Shown one piece after another: positions 42,028 through 50,917 of a DNA stretch of 64,000 bases; the first letter of the stretch is position 1; each line of letters starts with the position of its first letter. The notes beneath the pieces were generated by a model. It made no database searches, was not told the origin of the DNA, and saw only the letters and a program-made list of their open reading frames with translations. Origin of the DNA: a virus (Duplodnaviria > Caudoviricetes); the IMG/VR virus record IMGVR_UViG_3300021400_000138, positions 1 to 64,000 of that record. One strand, 5' to 3'. The position numbers were made by a program, and so were the translations under genes.

Positions 42028-42167
42028 TGGGCGTTCGCCAAGAGGTAAGGCACAGCGCTTGGCAAAATAGTATAAGGTAAATACGCCGTATTAACGGAGA
42101 TATTTGTGCAAGGCAGATTTTTGCTAATGACCGCTGCATTTCATTGGTTCGAATCCAATACGCTCAG
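42028..42167 (+). tRNA. tRNA-Gln(UUG) interrupted by a 67-nt tRNA-like insert (42061-42127)
   Basis: Acceptor TGGGCGT/ACGCTCA with G73; D arm GCC-AAGAGGTAA-GGC; anticodon stem CAGCG/CGCTG; T arm ATTGG-TTCGAAT-CCAAT; removing the insert gives loop CT-TTG-AC. Confidence 0.8.
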
Positions 42168-42342
42168 ATCTATAACTCATTTTTGTACCTCCAAATGACC
42201 AGTTTGGCGGATCTGGACAAAACCGCCATTTATAAAGAGGAAGCGAAATTAAAAAATATATGGTTTATTCTTTAGTAATCGAAGAATATGTGAATTGTTA
42301 ATAGGCAAAAAATGCCTGTGAATAATCTAATATGAAAAGAAA

Positions 42343-42900
42343 GTGATTAATTTGGAAGATAGAAATTTTGATGGGTTCGCTATTACAGATAAAGAGACAG
42401 GTGAAATAATCGCCGAAACAGATCCTGGTGATAAAATTAAAATTATCACATCAAAGCAATTGGATTATTTAACCGATCCAGGAAGAGATTTTAATAAAGG
42501 AAAAACATTTGTGAAATTATATGATGAAGTTATCCCGGATTTAGTAGAGCATCTTAGTGGCACAGAATTGAAATATGTTATATCTATGGCACAACATGTT
42601 TCATATAAAGATTGTGTACTTAGAAAGACAAATAATAATTTAAGCGAACCTATTAGTGCAAGTGAATTTTGTAAAATTCATAATTATAATTATGAAACTG
42701 GAAGAAAGATTTTTAACTCTTTAAAGAAAAAAGGAGTAATAGCATATGTAGAAGTTGGTACTGTATTTCCTGATTATATCGGAAGAGTTAATAAAATGTT
42801 TTTAGTTAATCCTTATATCTATTTCAGAGGATCAGATATAAATGATACAGTAAAAACTATTTTTGATGAATCTGGATGGAAAGAAAAACTAAAAAAATAA
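42343..42900 (+). CDS. RepL-like winged-helix protein
   Basis: TDKETGEI, FVKLY, SLKKKGVI, FLVNPYIYFRG. Confidence 0.6.
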   Translation: MINLEDRNFDGFAITDKETGEIIAETDPGDKIKIITSKQLDYLTDPGRDFNKGKTFVKLYDEVIPDLVEHLSGTELKYVISMAQHVSYKDCVLRKTNNNLSEPISASEFCKIHNYNYETGRKIFNSLKKKGVIAYVEVGTVFPDYIGRVNKMFLVNPYIYFRGSDINDTVKTIFDESGWKEKLKK

Positions 42901-43067
42901 TAAGATAGATATAAGAGAGTACGAATTACATTTTCCTCATTACTACGAGATTTTTAATCAATTAAGGTGGTCAAAAATTTCCCATATAGAGGGGTATAAA
43001 TTTTCCCATTTGGTAAATACACGCACATAAAAGGAAAATAATTCCGTGTTATTTAATTGAGGTAAAT

Positions 43068-43865
43068 ATGAGTAAGAGAGTAATAAGAAGAAATATATTC
43101 GAGTCTAACAGCTCGTCGCAGCATTCAATCTGTGTTACCAAACGAGATGTCCACGTTGATCCAGAGGAATTTGATTATCACAGCGAAAAGTATCCGCACC
43201 CTGATGAATATCTTTATCTCTGGAATGGAAAGTTAGAAGTAAGAGACGTTGATGATGGATATGGTCGTTGGCCTTTTCAGATGTTAACGACATTCAAGGA
43301 TAAACTTCAATACGCTATCTGCGAGTTTCTTGGATACAAGTACTGTGACGATGATGACTATGATGATATCTTAGAAGAATTCAATGATATCTGCCGAGAA
43401 GTTGTTCCTGGATTCGAGAGTCTAAAATTTCATACCCACGATGTAGATATTTATCTCGATGAAAATGGAGATCCTATCCCTAGAAGAGAATTAGAATATG
43501 AAGGATGGGATGAGGAAAATCATAGAGATATTTATTCTTATCTGGACGAAGACGGAAATAAAAAATCGGCGATATTTGACGAGAAGAATTACTACGAAGT
43601 TCCCGCAATCGGAACGATTGATCATCAGAGTGCTGGGTTGCTTACGAATTTCTTGAAGGATAAGGGAATTTCGCTTAAGGAATTTTTGACGAACAAGAAA
43701 TACGTGGTTATTATTTCTGGTGATGAAGAACAAAAATGGGAAGAGTATAAGAGATCGGGTATGATCGATCTTGATTTTATTGTTGAAGAATATGACAGAT
43801 CAGGCGAAGATGTTGAATGGGAACAGTGGAAGGAGGAACACAGAGATGAAGAGAGTGATACGTAA
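43068..43865 (+). CDS. E(S/T)NSS-motif protein 1
   Basis: VIRRNIFESNSSSQHS; DKLQY; IDHQS. Confidence 0.8.
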   Translation: MSKRVIRRNIFESNSSSQHSICVTKRDVHVDPEEFDYHSEKYPHPDEYLYLWNGKLEVRDVDDGYGRWPFQMLTTFKDKLQYAICEFLGYKYCDDDDYDDILEEFNDICREVVPGFESLKFHTHDVDIYLDENGDPIPRRELEYEGWDEENHRDIYSYLDEDGNKKSAIFDEKNYYEVPAIGTIDHQSAGLLTNFLKDKGISLKEFLTNKKYVVIISGDEEQKWEEYKRSGMIDLDFIVEEYDRSGEDVEWEQWKEEHRDEESDT

Positions 43866-44304
43866 AGATGTGTGGGAATCCAATTCATCTTCAGTGCATA
43901 GCTTACAGATTTCTTCTGATGGAATGGAACCAAGCAAGCTTCCAGTTGATAAAGATGGATATATAACCGTTAAATACGGCGAATTCGGTAAGGATGGAAC
44001 TGTTTATTCGTCCCAGGAAGACAAATTGTCTTATCTTGTTACTCAATGTTATTATCTTGGTGGATGGGAATATGACATAAATAGAGATAATAATTACCAC
44101 TTCAGAAATATCGAAGACGCAATCATTGATTATACTGGTGCAAAGGGAATTAGAATTGTTGGTGGCGAACCTGATATAGATCATCAAACGGTTAGCCAAA
44201 TGGGTTACGACGGCATGCATCTTATTCAGAATGAATGGGACGAAAAGGAAATTCAGAGTTTTGTTTTCAACAAATATATAAGTTTGTTATGTGATTGTGA
44301 TTGA
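43846..44304 (+). CDS. E(S/T)NSS-motif protein 2 (start revised to 43846)
   Basis: GGAGG RBS; VIRKDVWESNSSSVHS; DKLSY; IDHQT. Confidence 0.8.
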   Translation: MKRVIRKDVWESNSSSVHSLQISSDGMEPSKLPVDKDGYITVKYGEFGKDGTVYSSQEDKLSYLVTQCYYLGGWEYDINRDNNYHFRNIEDAIIDYTGAKGIRIVGGEPDIDHQTVSQMGYDGMHLIQNEWDEKEIQSFVFNKYISLLCDCD

Positions 44305-44312
44305 GGTGAACA

Positions 44313-44741
44313 ATGAAAAAAGTAATTAGAAATGGTGTATTCGAGACAAATTCATCAACTCAGCATACTTGTGTGATTATGACCGAAGAACAGGATGAGA
44401 AATGGGAAGAAGAGAACCTATATTATTACGGAAAGGAATATTGGAATCGTTTTAAAAAACTTCCGGAAGATAAGCAGCCTAAAGCTGGAGGCTTATATAC
44501 AAAAGATGAAGTTTTAGAATTTTATAAACTTATTGGATATGAACCAGATCCAGAGATATATAGTCCAGATGAAGATGATGAAGAAAATGATGTAAATGAT
44601 ATTTTTATAAAAGAGATGGATGATTTTATTAGTTATGAAGACTGGGGTAACAGTGAATATCTCGAATATGATACCAATTACTACACGACTCCTGGCGGCG
44701 AGAAGATAGTAGTTAAATGTAAATATGGATATGATGGTTAA
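44313..44741 (+). CDS. E(S/T)NSS-motif protein 3
   Basis: VIRNGVFETNSSTQHT; C-terminal YTTPGGEKIV..CKYGYDG. Confidence 0.8.
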   Translation: MKKVIRNGVFETNSSTQHTCVIMTEEQDEKWEEENLYYYGKEYWNRFKKLPEDKQPKAGGLYTKDEVLEFYKLIGYEPDPEIYSPDEDDEENDVNDIFIKEMDDFISYEDWGNSEYLEYDTNYYTTPGGEKIVVKCKYGYDG

Positions 44742-44750
44742 GGAGAAGAT

Positions 44751-45650
44751 ATGGCCTGGGGCGTTTATAGAAATGGAAACTCAATTACAAGAATCAATCT
44801 CGAAGACGGTACAAAAATAAGAGAAACAAAAGATGATGAATTTGATCTTGATTTCCCAGAATCAATAGACCTGAATATAGGAACTAAGTGTGATGGCGGA
44901 TGCAGGTTCTGTTACATAAATGCGTCACCAAATGGAATTGATGCAGATCTTTTAAGTGTACCATTCATTAATACTTTGCATCCCTATACTGAATGCGCCA
45001 TCAATGGTAATTCAATTGATCATCCGCAGCTTATACCATTTTTGGAAAAACTGAAATCTAAAAATGTAATTGCCAATATTACAGTAAATCAAATTCATTT
45101 TGAAGCAAAGGAAGATATTATAAAAGATCTCGTTGATAAGGATTTGATAAAGGGAATTGGAATTTCTTTAAGGGATCCTACTTCAGAATTTATTAAACGA
45201 GTAAAGAAATATCCAAACGCAGTGCTACATGTAATTAATGGAATTTTCTCCCCCGAAGATATAGAAGCTACAAGAGATCAGGGGCTAAAGATATTAATTC
45301 TTGGTTATAAAAATCTTGGTCTCGGCGTTAGTTATAAAGAGAAGAATGATTATCTGATTAAGGCGAGACAGAAATATTTATATGATGTTCTTGAAACGCT
45401 GCCGAATCATTACAAGTGCTTGTCGTTTGATAATTTAGCCCTGGAGCAACTTGATGTAAAACGGATTCTTACTCCTGAAGAATGGGATGAGATCTTTATG
45501 GGCGAGGAAGGAACATCATCTATGTTCATTGATCTCGTCACAAAAAAATTCGGAATTAGTTCTCTGGCTTTAGAAGACGAAATGATGCCGATGCTAAATA
45601 ATATTCGAGATATGTTTCAGATTGTGAAAAGTAAAGCGAGGGAAATGTAA
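44751..45650 (+). CDS. radical SAM enzyme
   Basis: CDGGCRFC (CxxxCxxC); NITVNQ; LILGYK; SFDNLA. Confidence 0.9.
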   Translation: MAWGVYRNGNSITRINLEDGTKIRETKDDEFDLDFPESIDLNIGTKCDGGCRFCYINASPNGIDADLLSVPFINTLHPYTECAINGNSIDHPQLIPFLEKLKSKNVIANITVNQIHFEAKEDIIKDLVDKDLIKGIGISLRDPTSEFIKRVKKYPNAVLHVINGIFSPEDIEATRDQGLKILILGYKNLGLGVSYKEKNDYLIKARQKYLYDVLETLPNHYKCLSFDNLALEQLDVKRILTPEEWDEIFMGEEGTSSMFIDLVTKKFGISSLALEDEMMPMLNNIRDMFQIVKSKAREM

Positions 45651-45651
45651 T

Positions 45652-46059
45652 ATGGGTCTTGATATGTGTTTGCTCAAAAGAAAAAAGTTCCGAGAGAATG
45701 ATGATGCATATAATGCTTTAGCTAGAAAAGCTTCGGAAGAGTTGATGCATTGGGGCAAAGCAAATCAAATTCGGCAGTGGTTTGTAAATCATACGGAACT
45801 TCAGCGTAGTGATAATAATAGATATATTCCTTTAGCGAAAGAAACATTGATTTCACTAAGAGATGATTGCAATAAGGTGTGTGCCAATCATGAACTAGCA
45901 GAAGAATTAATGCCAACTTCATCTGGATACTATTTTGGCGCTGCTGATTATGATGATGTGTATTTTTCTCGATTAGAATATACGGCTGAATGCATAGATG
46001 AAATATTAGAATACGTTGATTTTGAAACAGAAGATATTGACTATTATGAAAGCTGGTAA
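45652..46059 (+). CDS. conserved phage hypothetical protein
   Basis: MGLDM...WGKANQIRQWF...GYYFG...YYESW. Confidence 0.75.
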   Translation: MGLDMCLLKRKKFRENDDAYNALARKASEELMHWGKANQIRQWFVNHTELQRSDNNRYIPLAKETLISLRDDCNKVCANHELAEELMPTSSGYYFGAADYDDVYFSRLEYTAECIDEILEYVDFETEDIDYYESW

Positions 46060-46094
46060 ATAAACGTTTGGCGGAGTTCGTAAACCGCCAACTT

Positions 46095-46176
46095 GCGGAT
46101 ATGATGGAATAGGAAGACATCGGGAACTTAAAATTCTCGGGCAAAAGCCGTGAGAGTTCGATCCTCTCTATCCGCA
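46095..46176 (+). tRNA. tRNA-Leu(UAA)
   Basis: GCGGATA/TATCCGC acceptor; GGGAA-CTTAAAA-TTCTC anticodon arm; long variable arm; GAGAG-TTCGATC-CTCTC T arm; no encoded CCA. Confidence 0.9.
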
Positions 46177-46501
46177 TTTGTACAGTTGACAAAGTAGAAT
46201 GCTGAAGGCCAAGGTGTTTGAAATGTTATATGTACAAAGGAAACGCGAGTGTACATAGCGATTCCAAAATCTCTGGAAAGATGCTTTAGAAAGAGATTCT
46301 TTTGTTCAACAAATTTTACAACTGAATATTGAATTTATGTTGGATCAGATGCAAAAGAAACTATAAACAGCTGAGAAATATTTGTTACTATGAAACTATG
46401 TATATATTACACACAGAATTGAAAAGACCTATTAACCACCCCGAGTGATTACGTCTTATTGTAGATTCTTTTGACTTCAAATTTGTATCTGATGCCAATA
46501 T

Positions 46502-46576
46502 CCGCCATTAGCATAGTTGGTATTATGCAGTCGCCTTATAAGCGAAAGATGCCCTGTTCGATCCAGGGATGGCGGA
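46502..46576 (+). tRNA. tRNA with UAU anticodon (Ile, reads AUA)
   Basis: CCGCCAT/ATGGCGG acceptor with A73; GCAT/ATGC D stem; TCGC-CTTATAA-GCGA; CCCTG-TTCGATC-CAGGG. Confidence 0.85.
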
Positions 46577-46578
46577 TT

Positions 46579-46877
46579 TGCTAGAAAGAGCAATGATCGT
46601 ATATCAGGTCTAGTCAGTTTGGTGAAACGATATATCCGCTGACCTTTCTAGCACGGGCTTATCCGAATTACTTAATTAGCGATGACGGCAACATAATAGA
46701 GAATTCGGTACGGCAGTTCTAAATCCTGGATAAGCACGGGACCTGGTTGCCAAGGTTAATATAAGAACTTCTGTATACGCATTGAGTATCTGCTGCTTCT
46801 GACGAGGAGTTGGATGTGGTGGGCTACGGAAACCAATCAAAGATGTTTTGCGTAAGGTAGTTGGAAGTAGCGGGGAA
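46579..46877 (+). ncRNA. candidate structured RNA(s) downstream of tRNA-Ile
   Basis: Stems TGCTAGAAAG/CTTTCTAGCA, GCTTATCC/GGATAAGC and CTGCTGCTTCTGAC/GTTGGAAGTAGCGG; possible pseudoknots. Confidence 0.45.
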
Positions 46878-46892
46878 ATTTGAGGAACGTAT

Positions 46893-47588
46893 ATGAACAA
46901 GCGAATCAAAAAGAAAAAACGAAATCAGTATCTTACTGGTACTGCAAAAGAAAGAAAATATAATCAATGGCTTTGCAAGAGATATCCCTTTCTCATTCCA
47001 AGATATGTGTGGACAGATAAGATGTCTTGGACTAGAGAAAAATACTACGCAAAAGTCCATGGCCATAAAGAATATGATCAGTTCAAGAGATTTTCTTATA
47101 CACTCGCCGAGGATTTTATGCCAGGTTGGTGGAAAACATTTGGATTGCTGCTTTGCGAAGAGTTACGAGAAGATCTGATTAAGTGTAAATATCTATATAA
47201 GTTTCGGTTTGTTCAAATAAAAGAGAAATACGGATCCGCGAGAATGTATTGCAACGGCGCTCCAGTAGAATCCAATGCGTTTGAAATTATTGATAAATAT
47301 GAATATATTTCAAATTATGTGTGCCAGTACTGTGGGAAGCCCGATGTTGCTCAAATAAATGACGGTTGGGTAATGACAATCTGTGAGGATTGCTACAATA
47401 AGATGAATCGCAGGAGAAAAAAGTATTTTAATCCTGTTCCATATGCGGAATTACTTGATGAAGACGAAGATTATACAATTCCAAATAAGCGAATAGTAAA
47501 AAGATACTCAAAGGAAGGAGATGAAATAATCGAGTACGACATTTCCGAAACTGTAAACGCCATCAGAAACAATTGGAGGGAGAGATGA
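46893..47588 (+). CDS. conserved phage protein (QIKEKYG motif, zinc finger)
   Basis: PGWW, VQIKEKYGSARMY, CQYCG...TICEDC. Confidence 0.75.
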   Translation: MNKRIKKKKRNQYLTGTAKERKYNQWLCKRYPFLIPRYVWTDKMSWTREKYYAKVHGHKEYDQFKRFSYTLAEDFMPGWWKTFGLLLCEELREDLIKCKYLYKFRFVQIKEKYGSARMYCNGAPVESNAFEIIDKYEYISNYVCQYCGKPDVAQINDGWVMTICEDCYNKMNRRRKKYFNPVPYAELLDEDEDYTIPNKRIVKRYSKEGDEIIEYDISETVNAIRNNWRER

Positions 47589-48075
47589 TTTTGATGCGTT
47601 GTCCAAGCTGCTCCAGAATGATAACTTCAAAGAATAGTTATTCGTTACGAGGGCAGACAATTGTATTTACTTGTAAATGCGGTTTTCAGAGACAGTATTT
47701 ATCAGGGAGGAGGTATGAATATGGGAAAAGTAAGGGAATTCTTAAACAGGCATAACGTTCGAGTATATAGATGCGAAAGATGTGGAATTGTTGAAGCACC
47801 TTTTTTATATGGATCGAGTATCTGGGACTATGGTTGGCAAAAAGAAAATGGAAAGTTGTTTTGCAATAAGTGTATTCGACACCCTGGAATTTTAGATCCT
47901 CAATGCATTCAACGGCACAATAAATTTTTGCGGATGAAAGTGGCGAACAGTGGACATGTATGGTTTGCAAATCATGCAGATTTTGGCATTGTATGAACAA
48001 TTTGTGAAGTATACTTGAAAATATAAAGAGAATAATATAAAATATATACATAAATAATAAAGAAGGAGTAGAATA

Positions 48076-48453
48076 ATGGCTAAACCGAATAAAGCTCATC
48101 ATGATCGTTGCGTAAAATATAAAAATCGTGGACAGAGAGAGATTAACAAAAAGGTCAAGCAGGAACGTGACGCAAAACGGAGAGCTAAGTTTGCTGCTCG
48201 TAGAGAAGCTGGTAAATGTTATAAATACGAACCACTTCCGAAAGAACCCGAAAACAAGAATTCTCGCTCCTGGTATGAATGGTACGGAATGAAGAGAGAA
48301 AGAGAATTGAAAGCGGATCCTTACAGAACAAAAACCGAATATCAGAAATGGACGAGTATTATGCGGAAGGTTCAGAACGAGATTGATGAAGAGGTTCGTC
48401 TTATGAAGAAAGAGGAGGCTAAAATATCGACCAAGAATGATAAGAAAAAATAA
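48076..48453 (+). CDS. basic hypothetical protein
   Basis: AAGGAG RBS; K/R-rich. Confidence 0.7.
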   Translation: MAKPNKAHHDRCVKYKNRGQREINKKVKQERDAKRRAKFAARREAGKCYKYEPLPKEPENKNSRSWYEWYGMKRERELKADPYRTKTEYQKWTSIMRKVQNEIDEEVRLMKKEEAKISTKNDKKK

Positions 48454-48738
48454 CTGGCAATGTGATTTATCCCCTGATCGCTTGGCGGTTGGAAAGGGGG
48501 AGATCGTGTGGAATGTGGTAGATGTAAATGCACATTCAGATATAAAGAAGAAGACATAAAATTTGATGAAAATGGATATGGATATAGTACAAAGTATGTA
48601 TTATGTCCAAGATGTAAATCTGTTTGTGTTATAGATTATATAGAAGATGAATGTTTGAATGTTAATGAAGATGAAAAATATTATGAGTATTAATGAGATA
48701 AATTGATGAATTATACGGAGGATTTTTTCAAAACATAG

Positions 48739-49968
48739 ATTGACGATCTCCGATTTGAAATTGGAGATCATATAGATAATAAATTTCTTCATGCTACAAT
48801 TATAAACGTAAAAGCAAACGGTGACAAAATTGGATATACTTGTAGATGTGATAAATGCGGTCATGAATTTCATAGACCACAAGGACAAGTATTAAATGGG
48901 GTTGGCTGCGGAGCATGTTCGGGGCGAACATTAGTTAAGGGCATAAATGATATCCCAACAACAAATCCATGGATGGTTAAATATTTTCCTGGTGGTGAAG
49001 AAGAAGCGTCTAATTATACTGCAAATACAAATAGCAAATCATTTATTCCTATATGTCCATTTTGTGGAAGATTAGGAGATAAGCCTACAACGCCAAACAA
49101 AATATATCATTTACATGGAATTAGTTGTATATGCAAAGACGGAATATCAATTCCAAACAAAATGATAAGAGGATTAATGGAACAAGCATTAAAACTAGGA
49201 ATAATATCTTCTTATGAAAAAGAGTATAAAGAATTTGATGAAAATGGAATTATAAGACGTTTTGATATAAAATTCTTTGACTTATACAATAATCCTTATT
49301 TCATTGAAATGGATGGGGGAAGACATGGTTACATTATAAGGAAGCATAGTAATAAAGCATTTACTCCTCTTCCAGCAAAAATGTTCTATTCGGATTTGAT
49401 GAAAGACAATATAGCTGCCGAGTTAATGATTCCTTTAATTCGAGTAGATTGTTTTAAGTCAGATACTGATTATATTATGAATGAACTATATAAGTCAGAA
49501 TTATCTGCAATAATTAATCTAGATAAGATTGACTGGATTAAATTAGAAGAAATATGTTTTAATAGTTTGATGACCGATGTATGTAATTATAGAAATGAAA
49601 ATCCGGAATTATTTTCTTCAGAAGTTGCAGAGATTTTTGGCATATCTCCTGATTCCGTAAAAGATTATTGGAAAAAGGGAACTAAATTAGGATTATGCGA
49701 ATATAATCCAGAAAAGGAATTTAACAGAAGAAACTCATTAAAAAGAAATTGGCATAATAGTATAAAATTATATGTTGAAAATCTGAACGATGGCAAAAGT
49801 TGGACTTTTGATAGTATGAGCGAATTTTGCAGAGACTCTTCTCAATATCTTGATGGAGATAAGCTATCAAGACATATGTTAGAAAAAAGATTTAATAAAG
49901 TAGCGAACGATTATTTTATATATGATAGTGGATTGCATGAATATTTAATTTGGAAATATAAGGAGTGA
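48739..49968 (+). CDS. zinc-ribbon / PD-(D/E)XK-type homing-endonuclease-like protein (start uncertain)
   Basis: Frame open from 48739 with CRCDKCG and GCGACSG...KGINDIPTTNP; RFDIKF...FIEMDGGRH; PLIRVDC. Confidence 0.6.
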   Translation: MDDLRFEIGDHIDNKFLHATIINVKANGDKIGYTCRCDKCGHEFHRPQGQVLNGVGCGACSGRTLVKGINDIPTTNPWMVKYFPGGEEEASNYTANTNSKSFIPICPFCGRLGDKPTTPNKIYHLHGISCICKDGISIPNKMIRGLMEQALKLGIISSYEKEYKEFDENGIIRRFDIKFFDLYNNPYFIEMDGGRHGYIIRKHSNKAFTPLPAKMFYSDLMKDNIAAELMIPLIRVDCFKSDTDYIMNELYKSELSAIINLDKIDWIKLEEICFNSLMTDVCNYRNENPELFSSEVAEIFGISPDSVKDYWKKGTKLGLCEYNPEKEFNRRNSLKRNWHNSIKLYVENLNDGKSWTFDSMSEFCRDSSQYLDGDKLSRHMLEKRFNKVANDYFIYDSGLHEYLIWKYKE

Positions 49969-49975
49969 TATTAAT

Positions 49976-50893
49976 ATGGCGACTGGATTCATTAAGGCTG
50001 TAAGAGAAGATGTGTGGTTGAAAATCCAGATGGGTGGAACATCTGGCGCTGGTAAAACAATGTCTGCTCTTAGAGTTGGAACAGGAATTGCAAGAAGATG
50101 TAATAGTGGAATTGCATTTATTTCTTCGGAGAAATCAAGAACATTATATTATGCGGATAAGTTTGATTATGACGTGCTTGAGTTAGATGATTATTCTCCG
50201 GAAGATTATATAAAAGCTATTGATATGGCGGTTGATGCGGGATACAAGGTAATCATTATTGATTCTACTAGCCATGAATGGCAATGGCTGAATGATGTTC
50301 ATGGAAAGATGCCAGGAAACAGCTTCCAGAACTGGGGAAAACTCAAACCGCGTCATGCAAAATTTCAGCAGAAGATACTTCAATGTCCAGCTCATGTTAT
50401 TACATGTGCAAGGGCAAAAACGGAATGGTCACTTGAAGATAAAGATGGTAAGAAGGTTCCGGTAAAACTTGGTCTTGGAAATGAAGGCGATAAACAAGCA
50501 GATTTTGATTATACTGTTTCATTTTCTATTGCACAAGGATCACATATTGCTTCTGTAGATGCTGGCGGCAAAGATAATACTGGATTATTTAATGAAAAAT
50601 ATGAGGTGTTGACAGAACGTCACGGGGAAATGCTTTATGAATGGGCAAATTCTGGCGAAAAACCCGCTTCGATTCCGAAAGAAATTCCTGAACCGGGAGA
50701 TGCAATCGTACAAGCTGCTGATGAACTTAAGGCGGTTAAAGCCCAGATTATCGAAGCCGCAAAAGCAGCTGGTGGTTCATCAAATGAAACCGTTATGACT
50801 ACTGTTAAACAATATGTAGCAAGTGGAAATCCAAATGCAATTCGAGATATTGATAAAGCGAAGGAACTTCTTGCGAAGCTTCAGTCTATGTAA
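49976..50893 (+). CDS. AAA-family ATPase, Sak4-like recombinase
   Basis: GTSGAGKT, IIIDSTSHEW; adjacent to ssb. Confidence 0.75.
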   Translation: MATGFIKAVREDVWLKIQMGGTSGAGKTMSALRVGTGIARRCNSGIAFISSEKSRTLYYADKFDYDVLELDDYSPEDYIKAIDMAVDAGYKVIIIDSTSHEWQWLNDVHGKMPGNSFQNWGKLKPRHAKFQQKILQCPAHVITCARAKTEWSLEDKDGKKVPVKLGLGNEGDKQADFDYTVSFSIAQGSHIASVDAGGKDNTGLFNEKYEVLTERHGEMLYEWANSGEKPASIPKEIPEPGDAIVQAADELKAVKAQIIEAAKAAGGSSNETVMTTVKQYVASGNPNAIRDIDKAKELLAKLQSM

Positions 50894-50917
50894 AATTAAT
50901 AAAAAGGAGAATAATAA

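Noticed and set aside
46789-46877. Hammerhead ribozyme suggested by CTGACGA...GAAA
   Set aside because: CTGAC is buried in a long helix with GTTGG, and stems II/III and the NUH site cannot be built.
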